Positions 18,859 to 28,903 of a stretch of 64,000 bases of DNA are shown here, one piece after another. The stretch spans positions 1 through 64,000 of the IMG/VR virus record IMGVR_UViG_3300038701_001169, one strand, 5' to 3'. The stretch's first letter is position 1. Each line of letters opens with the position of its first letter. The translations under genes were made by a program, and so were the position numbers. The notes below the pieces were generated by a model that saw only the letters and a program-made list of their open reading frames with translations, was not told where the DNA came from and made no database searches. The stretch is from a virus.

Positions 18859-18866
18859 GGATCACT

Positions 18867-19238
18867 ATGTCACAAATAGACTTATTACTTACTCCTGAAG
18901 GAGACTTAGACATATCCAACGGACTGCAATTAACTGCTGCAGGCGGAGAATCCATAGCTCAGAAGGTGAAGATTAGATTACTAACTTTCTATAGAGAGTG
19001 GATTCTCAATACAGAAGCAGGAACACGGTGGTTCGAGATAGTCCTCAGAAAAGGAGCTACTGAATACACTGTCAATCAAGAAATCCGTAAACGAGTACTT
19101 CAGACAGAGGGAGTCAGAGGGATAGAAAACTTCTCATCAAGCTTCGACGAACCACTGAGGACATTCTCGTGCAAATTCTCAATAGTAACTGATCAAGACG
19201 AAACAGTTCTTATAAATCTAAATAACCTGGAAGTATAA
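18867..19238 (+). CDS. baseplate wedge protein (gpW/gp25-like)
   Basis: 123 aa, pattern DL....GDL.......IAQKVKIRLLTF..EW, and position. Confidence 0.5.
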   Translation: MSQIDLLLTPEGDLDISNGLQLTAAGGESIAQKVKIRLLTFYREWILNTEAGTRWFEIVLRKGATEYTVNQEIRKRVLQTEGVRGIENFSSSFDEPLRTFSCKFSIVTDQDETVLINLNNLEV

Positions 19239-19239
19239 C

Positions 19240-19608
19240 ATGATAAAAATAGCAATCTCCAGGCAGTCTACAGATTACACAACAGACATAGAATTAGACG
19301 GAACAGAGTACAAATACAGAATCTACTGGCACAATCTGTACGACAGGTGGTACATGGACCTTTTAGACATTACAGGACAGCCACTAGTAACAGGTAAAAA
19401 AATCACTCTAGGAGTCCCTATGTTCCGTCACAGGAAACTAAAAGGAGACTTCTTTGTTATCAGTAGAACAGAAGACGATACTCCTCCTGGAATTAAAGAC
19501 CTAGGAGAAAGAGTCAACATATTTTATTTATCAGAACAAGAAATCAATAGGACAGTCAGGCTCAGGGAGCAACATTCACTAGCTGACTTCTTCAACCTAA
19601 TAATTTAA
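19240..19608 (+). CDS. hypothetical baseplate-region protein
   Basis: ORF track. Confidence 0.45.
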   Translation: MIKIAISRQSTDYTTDIELDGTEYKYRIYWHNLYDRWYMDLLDITGQPLVTGKKITLGVPMFRHRKLKGDFFVISRTEDDTPPGIKDLGERVNIFYLSEQEINRTVRLREQHSLADFFNLII

Positions 19609-19617
19609 GGAGGCAGT

Positions 19618-20790
19618 ATGCCATACGACGAGACAGGATATACTGCTGAAACCCTTCCAGATATCTTAACTGAGATGAGTGAAGATGCGGTCGCGAGTTT
19701 CGGACCGGATACAGACACAAGTGAAAACTCTGTACTAGGCATACTTCTAGGCTTAGTAGCTATCCAAATCCATCAGCAAAGCCAACATGTGCAAGAAATG
19801 TATAGTAACAGAGATGCAGACAACGCAGAAGGAAAGGCTCTGGATGATATATGTTACGAGACGGGAATAATCAGGAAGAATGCTACATATTCTACCGTAA
19901 CACTTACATTTACAAACGATACTCTTTCTTTGGAATCTATACCTTCAGGTACAGAGGTCACTAACTCAGACGGAAACAAGTTCATAACCCAAGAAGACCT
20001 TAATGTACCAGCTTCAGGAACTGCAGACGTTTCGGCTACAGCGGAAGATCCTGGCCCCGTGCAGGCGGAAGCAGATTCCCTAACCCAGTACAGTCCGTCA
20101 ATAACAGACGTTACAGTAACCAATAACTTATCAGCGAATGTAGGGTCTCCTGTAGAGTCAGACACAGAACTCAGATTAAGAAGAGACAGGTTTTTATCTG
20201 CAGGCGGGAACTGTACTTTAAACGCTATAGCAACTCAAGTCAGTAACATCAGCGGAGTTACTAGTTTAATAGTAGTTGAAAATGACTCAAATGAGTTTGA
20301 AGATAGGGGCGAAGGCAACGAACCCAGACCTCCTAAATCATTCGAAGTAGTCGCTGAAGGCGGGTCGGACGAAGATATAGCAACTGTCATCGCTGCATGT
20401 AAACCTATAGGTATACAAAGTTTCGGAGACACTGTAATTCCGGTACAGGACAATCAAGGAATAGACAGGGCTGCATCGTTCACTAGACCTGTGTTAATTG
20501 ATCTTTACGTTAAAGTTAACTATACAGTGTACGAGGAAGAGATATTCCCAGTCAACGGAGAGCTAACTATAAAAAACGCCTTAGAATCCTTTGCTGAGGC
20601 AGAGTACACATTAGGAAAAGATGTCATTCCTCAGAGATTAGAAGCTCACATACATAAATCAGTTCCAGGACTAAAGACGGTACTGGTTCAGACCAGCCTA
20701 GACGATGTAAGCTTTAACGACAACATTAGAACCCTTCAAGTATTCGAAAAAGCAAATCTGACTTCAGCCAATATATCATTTATCAACTAG
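19618..20790 (+). CDS. baseplate J-like protein
   Basis: 390 aa after the W-like gene. Gene order follows Mu gp47 / P2 J. Confidence 0.55.
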   Translation: MPYDETGYTAETLPDILTEMSEDAVASFGPDTDTSENSVLGILLGLVAIQIHQQSQHVQEMYSNRDADNAEGKALDDICYETGIIRKNATYSTVTLTFTNDTLSLESIPSGTEVTNSDGNKFITQEDLNVPASGTADVSATAEDPGPVQAEADSLTQYSPSITDVTVTNNLSANVGSPVESDTELRLRRDRFLSAGGNCTLNAIATQVSNISGVTSLIVVENDSNEFEDRGEGNEPRPPKSFEVVAEGGSDEDIATVIAACKPIGIQSFGDTVIPVQDNQGIDRAASFTRPVLIDLYVKVNYTVYEEEIFPVNGELTIKNALESFAEAEYTLGKDVIPQRLEAHIHKSVPGLKTVLVQTSLDDVSFNDNIRTLQVFEKANLTSANISFIN

Positions 20791-20802
20791 TGAGGAGTAA
20801 TT

Positions 20803-21597
20803 ATGATTCCCGAATCTTTTGATAGTGACTACAGCATAATTCAAGTACTGATTTCACATATAGAACAAGCCCAGAAGAATAACCTAAGACAGTTTAAGAA
20901 CTGCCCTAACATAAACGACTTGCTCACTATTCTTATAGGCCCCTTAAACAAAGTCCAAAAGGACGTTTTAGACCTGCAGAAATATATGAGTCTAGAGAAC
21001 GGGTACGGTCACTACTTAGATGTCTTAGGAAAGATACTAGGTAGAGGCAGACAAGAAGAACAGTCTGATAAGGATTACAAACACTTTCTATACACGCAGA
21101 TACTTAAGAACACTAACCAGACTACGATTAACGAAGTCATCAACATTTTAGCTAAGACCCTTCAAGCAGATGTACAGGATAACAAAGTATTCACAACTGA
21201 GATATTTCCAGCTAAAGTAATAACGACGGTAGAGTCCGTAGACAATATTCTAAAATTAGGTGGGTCGAAAGGCATAGATTCTTTACTGCCGGCAGGCGTA
21301 GGTTTAGATATTAACGTATTCCCTGAAGGGTGCTTAGCTTTTGGCCTTGAAGGGTCAGGAGGAGCACCTCTAGATTTAGGGTGCTGGGTTTCCAGATACA
21401 GAGAACTCAATACTGACTACAACCCATTCGGGCTAGATACAGGATTTCCTCTAGACTTAGGTAGATTTATCGACCCAGATATCAATCAAACAATAGACCC
21501 TATTCAACAACCAGTAGACGAAGAAGACCCTCCTCCTGAACTATTCAGAGACCCTAGAGTATTAGGTTATTATCCTTCTGGAGGGGAGATAATTTAA
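20803..21597 (+). CDS. baseplate/tail protein (in the gpI / Mu gp48 position)
   Basis: Gene order only. Confidence 0.4.
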   Translation: MIPESFDSDYSIIQVLISHIEQAQKNNLRQFKNCPNINDLLTILIGPLNKVQKDVLDLQKYMSLENGYGHYLDVLGKILGRGRQEEQSDKDYKHFLYTQILKNTNQTTINEVINILAKTLQADVQDNKVFTTEIFPAKVITTVESVDNILKLGGSKGIDSLLPAGVGLDINVFPEGCLAFGLEGSGGAPLDLGCWVSRYRELNTDYNPFGLDTGFPLDLGRFIDPDINQTIDPIQQPVDEEDPPPELFRDPRVLGYYPSGGEII

Positions 21598-21618
21598 TAG
21601 ACCAAGGAACCACATAAA

Positions 21619-22254
21619 ATGCAAAGATTCTCCGACTTTTTACAGATGACTTTATCTGCAGATATAGACGATACAGTTACAACTATTTCAGTAGCAGATG
21701 CGTCTGGAATGCCTACTTTAGACACAGACGATTACATGTACCTAACTATATTCAAGGCTGACCCAGAACAGACAGAAATAATTAAATGTACAGCAGTTTC
21801 GAGCAACGATCTAACAGTTGTAAGAGGACAGGCAGGAACAACCGCACAATCATTCAATACAAATGACATTGTAGCCTTTTGGGTCAACGGTAAGATATTG
21901 GATCGAGTCATGGGATCTGCAGGATTTAGAAAAACAGAAAATATCAATACAAGTACTGTTCTAACTGCTACAGATCTAACTGAAGGAAAGCTCCTCGTTG
22001 TTGAAAAAACTACAGCGTCTGATGTAGAGATTACTCTACCCTCCACTACAGGGCTACTACTAGAGGATGGGATATTCTTTGGTAATGCGTCCCCTAAACA
22101 AGGTAAACTAGTACTAGCTGATGCTTACGCAGATCCAGGTAATCTTACTGGAGATACAATTAACGGGCTTCCGACAGAAAAAACATTCATGAACGGGCAA
22201 GGACTTTTTAGAGCAGTACCAGATAATGTGAATAAGATATGGTGGGTTTATTAA
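21619..22254 (+). CDS. putative tail fibre-associated protein
   Basis: ORF track and position. Confidence 0.4.
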   Translation: MQRFSDFLQMTLSADIDDTVTTISVADASGMPTLDTDDYMYLTIFKADPEQTEIIKCTAVSSNDLTVVRGQAGTTAQSFNTNDIVAFWVNGKILDRVMGSAGFRKTENINTSTVLTATDLTEGKLLVVEKTTASDVEITLPSTTGLLLEDGIFFGNASPKQGKLVLADAYADPGNLTGDTINGLPTEKTFMNGQGLFRAVPDNVNKIWWVY

Positions 22255-23699
22255 TGCTGAACCTAATAGAGGACATTACTCCAACTGATTTCAGAGGGTT
22301 GAATTCGTCTCACAATCTAAATACCAATCCTATAGAGTGGGACATTGACGATGAATTATACGATAGTGCAGCTTATATATACGGCAAAGTAAATGGAGTA
22401 ACACTTGCACAGCCAGAACTAATGATAAATGGTTCTGTTACAAGCCAAGACTATGGAGGTGAGTTTTCATATAATACATCAACTCAGGCTTTTTCGGGGT
22501 CAGGTGTACCTTTAGGAATATTTAACGCAAATGACGATACAAGTTTTGTTGCCAAATTAGTTATTCTTCTAAAGCAAGGTGAGGGGGCAAGGGTTGGTAT
22601 TGCTCAAGGATCTTCAGACGCAGGAGTAGGTCCAGTAATACGAACTAAAAACGGATTCAATACATCTTTAGTAAATACAACCATTTCAAGCCTAGGACTT
22701 AAAGAAAAGAATGGGGCTAATATAGACTTTTATATAAGAGTTTATCGCTGGTTGAGAAACGCCCCTATAAACAAGGGTGACATGCTGTTTTTTGGAGATG
22801 TTACAGTAGACAAACCTATCAATGTAGATCCATTATTTAATCAGTCAATAGGTTTTGTTTTTCAAGGAACAACTAAATACGATATAGATTTAAACGAATC
22901 AGAAGATACAAATGAATATAATCATGTTTCAATTGGCAATACCAACCTAAACGGCCACGGAAACTCAAGTGTCATTGACAGGGCTGACGATTTAGCAGAG
23001 GTTCAGACAAAGCATAATTTTGGCTGGATAAACGATGTAGAAAATTCAAAAAGATCCATCGGAGTTATAGGCGGGGATTATGACGGAAACCCGGTTAATT
23101 ATAAACAAAAATTAGCAATGTCAACCGAACTTGTAGTGCCTATAAATAAAATAGATATTAAGGCAAATGGTTCTTTATCAGGAAACTTTAGTTTACAAAG
23201 AAACGTAATCTTCCCTTTTGAGTTTATGCCTATGATTCCAATTGCTAGAAAGGAGATAAGTGCACAAGATTTATCTACAGCTATTTCACTAGCTATTACA
23301 GATACTCATTATTTTGCATTTGTTGTTCGTGTCATGGCATCGGCTGTAGCTTTAGAGACTCTGCAATGTGCAATAAATAATGACTTTACTTCTAGTTACT
23401 TTAATCACGGCCAATTCAATGGAGCTTCAGACATATCTGAACTTTCAAGAGCAGCAAAATCTTATTTGACGCAGTGTGAAATAGGGGACGGGTCTGAAGC
23501 TAACTACATGCAGTTTTGGGTCGCGGGCCAGAAGATAGATAACGAATATACTGGTCAGTTCCATAATCTATCCAATGACGGTGAGTACCAGTTCTTTAAA
23601 ATAGAGTACCACGATTCCGCAGCTATAACTTCGTTCGACTTTAAGACAACTGACGTAAGCTCCGTAACAGGTGTTTTTGAAGTATTCGGAATCCTCTAA
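22254..23699 (+). CDS. putative tail fibre / receptor-binding protein
   Basis: The ATG at 22254 overlaps the upstream TAA (TAATG). The track start at 22239 is also possible. Confidence 0.45.
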   Translation: MLNLIEDITPTDFRGLNSSHNLNTNPIEWDIDDELYDSAAYIYGKVNGVTLAQPELMINGSVTSQDYGGEFSYNTSTQAFSGSGVPLGIFNANDDTSFVAKLVILLKQGEGARVGIAQGSSDAGVGPVIRTKNGFNTSLVNTTISSLGLKEKNGANIDFYIRVYRWLRNAPINKGDMLFFGDVTVDKPINVDPLFNQSIGFVFQGTTKYDIDLNESEDTNEYNHVSIGNTNLNGHGNSSVIDRADDLAEVQTKHNFGWINDVENSKRSIGVIGGDYDGNPVNYKQKLAMSTELVVPINKIDIKANGSLSGNFSLQRNVIFPFEFMPMIPIARKEISAQDLSTAISLAITDTHYFAFVVRVMASAVALETLQCAINNDFTSSYFNHGQFNGASDISELSRAAKSYLTQCEIGDGSEANYMQFWVAGQKIDNEYTGQFHNLSNDGEYQFFKIEYHDSAAITSFDFKTTDVSSVTGVFEVFGIL

Positions 23700-23738
23700 G
23701 ACCAAATAAACCAAACCAATTTAACCAAGGACTGTTTT

Positions 23739-24527
23739 ATGTCTTTAACAGCAAAACCAACAGGTGAAGTAGACTGGGCAAATACAACCATTCTGAACTC
23801 ACCTACAGGTACAGCCAACAAAACCGAGTATGATGACGGGAACGACCGCTTCAAGCTTTTCGGCTGGCAATACGGGGAATTTGTCCCTTACCACATATTA
23901 AACGAATGGCAACACAGAGTATCTAAATGGACTAAGTGGAGTGAAGAAAACCTAGAGGACCTAGACAGTAGACTCACAACTGTTGAAGGAGATCCAGACC
24001 CTGATCCAGACCCTGAGCCCACAGGGGCACTGTCCAGCGGTGACGTGATAATATCTTTCGACGATGTACTTCCTTCAGGATTCATATGGTTCGACAACGG
24101 TGCAGAATTAGATCGAACTACCTACGCAGATATCTTTACCAGGTACGGAGTTAAATTCGGTAACGGTGATGGGTCAACTACGTTCAACGTCCCAGACTCT
24201 GCAGGTTACTTCATGCGTATCATGGGCGTGGATGTAGCTGACGATCCAGACATAGGGACACGTACAAATCGAGGAGACAGTACTACTGGAGGAGCTGTAG
24301 GTACTCTCCAGCAAGATGCTTTCCAAGGACATTACCACGACCTAGACCCATACACACATGGAATTGACGGCACAAATGTAAACTTAGGCTCATCAGGACT
24401 TATTGCCGAAATATTAGGACCACTATCAGTCACAGACCCCATAACAGACGGATCTAATGGAACTCCTAGAACAGCCAGTGAGACTAGACCTAAGAACATT
24501 AACATCCGTCTAATCTGCAAAATATAA
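23739..24527 (+). CDS. tail fibre protein with a phage tail-collar domain
   Basis: LPSGFIWFDNGAELDRTTYADIFTRYGVKFGNGDGSTTFNVPD matches the tail-collar pattern. Confidence 0.65.
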   Translation: MSLTAKPTGEVDWANTTILNSPTGTANKTEYDDGNDRFKLFGWQYGEFVPYHILNEWQHRVSKWTKWSEENLEDLDSRLTTVEGDPDPDPDPEPTGALSSGDVIISFDDVLPSGFIWFDNGAELDRTTYADIFTRYGVKFGNGDGSTTFNVPDSAGYFMRIMGVDVADDPDIGTRTNRGDSTTGGAVGTLQQDAFQGHYHDLDPYTHGIDGTNVNLGSSGLIAEILGPLSVTDPITDGSNGTPRTASETRPKNINIRLICKI

Positions 24528-24536
24528 GAGGAACAG

Positions 24537-25202
24537 ATGATTAATTATTTTTACAATAAAGAAACATTAGAGTTTACGCAAGAAAAAGAAGCCGAGCTAG
24601 ATCCTAGAGAAACCGAGCTAAAAGGTGAAAACGTATACCTTAGACTTCCAAACTGCACTCGAAAAGAGCCTTTGCAACCTAAAGAAGGGAAAGCAGTAGT
24701 CTTTGACATAGAAACTAATAAGTGGAAGTACGTTATAGATCAGAGAGGTACTAAATACCTCCTTCCAGGAGACCGAAGAGAATACACAATTCAAGAATTA
24801 GATCAAGAAGTTCCTGAGAACTCTCTGGATTCACTAGACCCTGAGTTGGTTAAAGAAGACCTTTGGTCATATACGAAAGGTGTAAGGAGCAATAAGATCA
24901 CTTCTCACTTGCAACACAGTGGAAAAGAGTACAGGGCACTACCTTCCAGTATAAAAAGCATGGAGGAAGTTGTTGCGGAGTTACATGACCCTGACGAAAT
25001 AACCTGGAAGGATGCGTCTAAAGAAAAAGTAGTTCTAACATGTGCAGATATTAAGAGCATGTTGACACAGTTCCGGCTTCGAAAGCAGTTAATGTACAAA
25101 GCAAGCTGGTTAGTAGAAGATGTCATAAAGAACAGTGCAGACCCTAAGAATCTAGATATAGACGCTTTGTTCAACGAAAAAATTACCGAAGCCTCTGCAT
25201 AA
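24537..25202 (+). CDS. putative tail fibre assembly protein
   Basis: Position directly after the fibre gene. Confidence 0.4.
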   Translation: MINYFYNKETLEFTQEKEAELDPRETELKGENVYLRLPNCTRKEPLQPKEGKAVVFDIETNKWKYVIDQRGTKYLLPGDRREYTIQELDQEVPENSLDSLDPELVKEDLWSYTKGVRSNKITSHLQHSGKEYRALPSSIKSMEEVVAELHDPDEITWKDASKEKVVLTCADIKSMLTQFRLRKQLMYKASWLVEDVIKNSADPKNLDIDALFNEKITEASA

Positions 25203-25208
25203 TAGGAT

Positions 25209-25979
25209 ATGTACATGGACGATCTACTAAGTAGATGTCTTACATACTCCGAAAAAGCTTATAATGACGACAACCACGAAGGTGAGTTACTTAGAGTCGG
25301 ATCTAGTGAAGTCTGGATTTACTCAGACGATAAATACACCTTCGTGGCTTTTAGAGGAACTGAACCTAAAGGATCTGATATTCTAACGGACCTAAGAACA
25401 CTCCCTAGAAAGATTAGGGGAGGTTGGTGTCATGCAGGGTTTAAATCCTCTGTAGACAGCCTAGCACCGTACATCAGGAAACACATAGTTAACTGTATAC
25501 GGAAAGGTCAGCAAGTAATACTTACAGGGCATTCAATGGGAGGTAGCATGGCTGAGTTATTCGGCTATCTATATCCTCTACCTTGCTCTGTAGTAGCGGT
25601 CGCCCCTGCTCAATGCCTACGTGTGAGAAAATACCCTCTACCTCTTACATACTTAGTCAACGAATCAGACCCAGTCACTAGAATAAGCTTTCTAAATTTG
25701 TACAGACATTACGGAAACTTGGTTCAGTTCGGAGAACCTAAAGGAAAGATATACGGACTCTTAACTGGATTATTCGGTCTAAGGTCAATTATCTCAGACT
25801 TAAAATACCACCCAGTAAAATCATATATCGAGAAATACAATGAAATTAAAGACAATATTGCTAAGCATTACGATGGCGATAATATCCTCGGGGTGCATGA
25901 CCAACCATGTACACGTGCACAAGCATGTTCACCAATACGGGATATACAATCACTCTATAATGACAGGCTCAGAACTTAA
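25209..25979 (+). CDS. class-3 lipase-like alpha/beta hydrolase
   Basis: VAFRGTE...D and the nucleophile elbow GHSMGG. Confidence 0.65.
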   Translation: MYMDDLLSRCLTYSEKAYNDDNHEGELLRVGSSEVWIYSDDKYTFVAFRGTEPKGSDILTDLRTLPRKIRGGWCHAGFKSSVDSLAPYIRKHIVNCIRKGQQVILTGHSMGGSMAELFGYLYPLPCSVVAVAPAQCLRVRKYPLPLTYLVNESDPVTRISFLNLYRHYGNLVQFGEPKGKIYGLLTGLFGLRSIISDLKYHPVKSYIEKYNEIKDNIAKHYDGDNILGVHDQPCTRAQACSPIRDIQSLYNDRLRT

Positions 25980-26040
25980 AGACAATGTTCTGAAGCCTCA
26001 CAACACTCCGACTGTAGATACTACAGTAAAGGCTCAATAA
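25840..26040 (+). CDS. small lipoprotein (o-spanin-like), overlapping the lipase 3' end out of frame
   Basis: Signal peptide plus lipobox MKLKTILLSITMAIISSGC. A His-rich stretch follows. Confidence 0.5.
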   Translation: MKLKTILLSITMAIISSGCMTNHVHVHKHVHQYGIYNHSIMTGSELKDNVLKPHNTPTVDTTVKAQ

Positions 26041-26324
26041 TGGAACCAGGCACATTAATAGCTGTAGTAGCCTTAGTACTCAGCCTGTTGGGTCCACTCG
26101 TGGGAAGATTATTTAGAAAAGACGATGCCCGTGTTGAGAAACTTCAAGGAGATGTAGAATCCCTAAAAAGAGACCTTGACAGGTACAAACTGACAGCAGC
26201 AAAGAACGAAGGCCTAAGCGAGTCTCTGAAGGAGATTTTGGAACTTAAATTCAAAGGTCTTGAAGACAATTTAAATACCAAGATAACAGCTATGCAAATA
26301 ATGCTAGAACAGTTAACAAAGTAA
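26040..26324 (+). CDS. N-terminally membrane-anchored coiled-coil protein (i-spanin- or holin-like)
   Basis: TM segment LIAVVALVLSLLGPLVG followed by coiled coil. Its ATG overlaps the upstream TAA. Confidence 0.5.
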   Translation: MEPGTLIAVVALVLSLLGPLVGRLFRKDDARVEKLQGDVESLKRDLDRYKLTAAKNEGLSESLKEILELKFKGLEDNLNTKITAMQIMLEQLTK

Positions 26325-26392
26325 AATAGAAAATAAAACCCCTGATACATTGTACATTATGTACGTGTATCAGGGGTTTTATTTTCTATTTT
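26323..26392. terminator. bidirectional terminator: perfect 27-bp inverted repeat
   Basis: Arms at 26323-26349 and 26366-26392. The core CCCCTGATACA/TGTATCAGGGG is flanked by A-runs and T-runs. It lies between the convergent blocks. Confidence 0.8.
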
Positions 26393-26553
26393 ACGTGGAT
26401 AAGTAATTTTTTATCCGTTCTAGAGTCTACAAAGCTTATTTCTCGTTCTTTTCCGTCAACTATAGCAACTACTTCAGGAGTAATTACTCTACCGTTTTTA
26501 TCTACATTAGATCCAGCGCACATAGTAAGACGAACGAATTCTGATAAGTCCAT
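26386..26553 (-). CDS. hypothetical 55-aa protein (below the track cutoff)
   Basis: Hand translation: MDLSEFVRLTMCAGSNVDKNG.... Its ATG overlaps the upstream TAA, and its stop lies in the terminator arm. Confidence 0.4.
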   Translation of the reverse strand: MDLSEFVRLTMCAGSNVDKNGRVITPEVVAIVDGKEREISFVDSRTDKKLLIHVK

Positions 26554-26762
26554 TAAACGTCCTTGAGTTCTCTTTTAATGTGATACAGTTCTTGAGCAAT
26601 GTGGGCCTTTCTCATTGTCTCGTAACTCTCTTCGTAGTATTTAAATTCAGCGTTGCTTATGTTCGGTATGTAGGACTCACATTTTAACTTCTTAGCATTC
26701 ATTATCTGGTTGCATCTTGAAAGACAGTCCATTAGATATTCTTTCACTGTAGGTATGTACAA
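26553..26762 (-). CDS. hypothetical protein
   Basis: ORF track. Confidence 0.5.
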   Translation of the reverse strand: MYIPTVKEYLMDCLSRCNQIMNAKKLKCESYIPNISNAEFKYYEESYETMRKAHIAQELYHIKRELKDV

Positions 26763-26766
26763 TGTA

Positions 26767-27402
26767 CTACAGTCCCGCTAGTTTAGAAATACTTAGTACA
26801 GTCTCACGTGGTGTACAATACCCTCTACCGTGAACAGAGTACTGACAGCTTTCGCTAATGTCTTTCTCAGACTCATGAGTATCTTGTTCTTTAAGAGAGT
26901 GACGATCTATCCATATAGACAGTCCATTTCTTGCGTGAATAGCATCTAACTCATTTTCAAAACGTGTATCAGTTATCACTAATATATCAGAAGGGTTAGG
27001 GTGAGTATCTATACGACCTACAATCTTCTTGACCCAGTACTCAGGATCTTGAGTTCTTCGGACATCTGTACCCCAGAGCTGCAGGACTTCACGGACTGTT
27101 AGATAACCGTTTGAAAAACCAAAGGCAGTAAACCATTTTTTCCAAGGAACAATTTCCTTAGCTTGTTCAAGGAACAACCCTACATTTACTTGGGTTTCAG
27201 TATTGTTCTTAGTTTCCTCATCCGCATGAAGTAAATCCATAGGAATTCCGAAAATATCATGTACTTCTTTCTTCAAGGCATCACCCCACGCAAGACGTTT
27301 AAAAGTGTACTGAGGGAATTTCTTACATAGTTCTTTGAAAACGGTATCCTTACCAGATCCTTTTCGACCAGATAGTGATATTAATTTATTTGAAGTAGTC
27401 AT
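26767..27402 (-). CDS. deoxynucleoside monophosphate kinase-like protein
   Basis: P-loop LSGRKGSGKDT near the N-terminus, similar to T4 gp1. Confidence 0.6.
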   Translation of the reverse strand: MTTSNKLISLSGRKGSGKDTVFKELCKKFPQYTFKRLAWGDALKKEVHDIFGIPMDLLHADEETKNNTETQVNVGLFLEQAKEIVPWKKWFTAFGFSNGYLTVREVLQLWGTDVRRTQDPEYWVKKIVGRIDTHPNPSDILVITDTRFENELDAIHARNGLSIWIDRHSLKEQDTHESEKDISESCQYSVHGRGYCTPRETVLSISKLAGL

Positions 27403-27599
27403 CTTCCATTATCTCTTACTTGGTTATTTGGTTTAATTTCTTGGCACTCACATAAACGAAGTTCGTATCCTCCAGAACTAATTGACTCATAACCAGTATC
27501 TGCACACGCCATGCACTCAGGCTCTATACACGAGCAAGGCATACATCGTTCTTGTCTAAGCAGTCCGGCTTCGCACATAGGGTCTAGATCTATGGCCAT
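27399..27599 (-). CDS. hypothetical Cys-rich protein
   Basis: ORF track, with 10 Cys in 66 aa. Confidence 0.5.
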   Translation of the reverse strand: MAIDLDPMCEAGLLRQERCMPCSCIEPECMACADTGYESISSGGYELRLCECQEIKPNNQVRDNGR

Positions 27600-27772
27600 A
27601 TAATCTTTAGTTCTTTGAATTTCTCAATTACAGGTACGTAATCCAGAGGTACTTCTACTGTTAGTGTTTGGAATCGAGGGTCTCTGTAGGTAGAGACAAC
27701 TTTTGTTTCATCTATTACTTTAGCTAGATCAGGAATATACAATTCACTGATCACAAATCTCCTTGTTTCCAA
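27590..27772 (-). CDS. hypothetical protein
   Basis: ORF track. Confidence 0.45.
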   Translation of the reverse strand: METRRFVISELYIPDLAKVIDETKVVSTYRDPRFQTLTVEVPLDYVPVIEKFKELKIIWP

Positions 27773-27858
27773 GGTTAGGTCCTTTAAGGTAAATAAAAAA
27801 GGAGCCAGTACGTGTTCTTGTACTGGCTCCTTGAAGGGAAATTTAGTTCTGTGTGGCG

Positions 27859-28272
27859 TTAGTCTAGAGGTACTAAGGTAGCTTTCCTGCCGACTCTAAA
27901 CTTGTAGTAACTGACTCCATCTATCTCGACAATAGAGTAATTATAGACGTTGTCATCTATCTTTATTGGGATCTCGCCAGTAAGGTCTAGGCCAATCAAC
28001 CCTCCCGATTGACTAAAATCGTGTTTTTCAGGGACATGTTGATTAGGGACTTTTACGATAGACAAAGCACCTCCACCAGGAACTATACCCTGTGTAGACG
28101 ATATCTTCATGTAAGTCTTACCGTTTGGCATGTTAAATATAGTTTTCTTGTATGGTTGCTTTATACGAATACTCTCGGTTTCGTGGACATAAGCCTTTTC
28201 TTTGTATGAAGCACATCCTACAAACATTGACATTAGTACAAGTAGCATTGCAATTAATAGTGACTTTTTCAT
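27859..28272 (-). CDS. lipoprotein
   Basis: MKKSLLIAMLLVLMSMFVGC lipobox. It carries the CA-rich leader. Confidence 0.6.
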   Translation of the reverse strand: MKKSLLIAMLLVLMSMFVGCASYKEKAYVHETESIRIKQPYKKTIFNMPNGKTYMKISSTQGIVPGGGALSIVKVPNQHVPEKHDFSQSGGLIGLDLTGEIPIKIDDNVYNYSIVEIDGVSYYKFRVGRKATLVPLD

Positions 28273-28369
28273 TACGTGTATTCCTTGGTTTTGTTATTTG
28301 GTTTACGGGTTTATTATAATCATAATACGTGTTTCTTCAAACCGAATTGTGAATTATTTTAAATAAATT

Positions 28370-28768
28370 TTATTCAGTTACTTTGGATAGGGTGCTGGCT
28401 TCAGCTGTAAATACATAAAGGTGAATAGCTAGTGACTTGATACGAATTATGTTTAATACTTTCTTAACGTGTTTTAGATCTTTGTCCGACCTAACAATCA
28501 AAACTAATCCAGCATGTTTTCCGGTCATTGTAGAATAGTGTAAAGCCTGTCCGATACCTTCTGCCCATTTACCAGCCCAATCAACTTCAATAGCTACTTT
28601 GTCAGTTAGGATATCAACTCTGGTTCCATCCTTTAAGACTACTTCAGTCTGACCTTTTAACTGCTCGGCTGCTATTAGTTGATAGTACCTCTCATTCTTC
28701 TTTACTACATCTTGTGCATGTAATGAGAACAAAAGTAGGGTAGTAATCAATACTAGGTAATATCTCAT
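28370..28768 (-). CDS. secreted hypothetical protein
   Basis: AAGGAGG followed by ATG at 28768. Signal peptide MRYYLVLITTLLLFSLHA. Confidence 0.55.
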   Translation of the reverse strand: MRYYLVLITTLLLFSLHAQDVVKKNERYYQLIAAEQLKGQTEVVLKDGTRVDILTDKVAIEVDWAGKWAEGIGQALHYSTMTGKHAGLVLIVRSDKDLKHVKKVLNIIRIKSLAIHLYVFTAEASTLSKVTE

Positions 28769-28903
28769 CGTGCCTCCTTGGCTTATTTTGTAAAAGGGTA
28801 GCCCTACATCTGAGGACACTCTGTCTTATGATTAGATAGAAACTCTACAAGAAAAAGTTGCCTGCACCCTGGACAAGGACTATAAGCAATATAATCACTC
28901 ATG

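Noticed and set aside
9885-20420. Other CTATAGG heptamers, near 9893, 11465 (- sense), 17681, 20404, 47571 and 48446, could be additional phage promoters.
   Set aside because: About ten copies on both strands is roughly what chance predicts for a 7-mer in 64 kb. None shares the extended 24-nt R1/R2 context. Several are inside ORFs or simply form part of AGGAG ribosome-binding sites.
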